Below, in pieces: positions 63,933 through 64,000 of a stretch of 64,000 nt of DNA (position 1 is the first letter of the stretch; the number at the start of each line of letters is the position of its first letter). The stretch comes from Malacoraja senta. Taxonomy: Eukaryota. The notes beneath the pieces were generated by a model that worked only from the letters and a program-made list of their open reading frames with translations, did not search any database and was not told the origin of the DNA. Made by a program: the position numbers and the translations under genes. The DNA lies in the NCBI GenBank assembly GCA_038087875.1, contig CM075991.1, forward strand, positions 10,418,001-10,482,000, in the 5' to 3' direction.

Positions 63933-64000
<68 letters not shown>
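63220..64000. repeat. Degenerate GT/GC/AT alternating repeat ending in (GT)n
   Basis: Alternating purine-pyrimidine tract to the window end. Confidence 0.98.

Overview
Repeat-dense, apparently intronic or intergenic vertebrate DNA, most likely from a cartilaginous fish (skate/ray-like). That assignment is inferred from HE1/V-SINE-type tRNA SINEs, HER1/CR1-type LINE tails and abundant Penelope-like fragments. No host protein-coding exon, rRNA, true tRNA or CRISPR array could be recognised. Every ORF with recognisable homology is transposon-derived: CR1, L2 and Rex1/Babar RT C-termini, L1/Tx1 ORF1/ORF2 and a Penelope GIY-YIG endonuclease. The long His-Thr/Cys-Val ORFs are microsatellite artefacts. 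Notable structure: (i) more than 20 short, often palindromic Penelope-derived elements carrying a minimal hammerhead-ribozyme-like core in two subfamilies; (ii) several families of PIF/Harbinger-type MITEs (TIR core CCTGTCCCAC, TTA/TAA TSD), two of which hit the same position of the SINE tRNA head; (iii) an unclassified TIR element with a 6-bp TSD and an internal 28-bp hairpin; (iv) hAT MITEs with 8-bp TSDs; (v) a long Tx1-clade LINE interrupted by a CR1 and a 200-N gap, possibly nested in a Harbinger derivative; (vi) a possible tandem Helitron; (vii) ancient Deu-SINE remnants and repeat-free islands with promoter/enhancer-like motifs. I did not find convincing evidence of a wholly new system; most signals are variants of known mobile-element biology. 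Boundaries were read by eye and are approximate unless TSDs are quoted.
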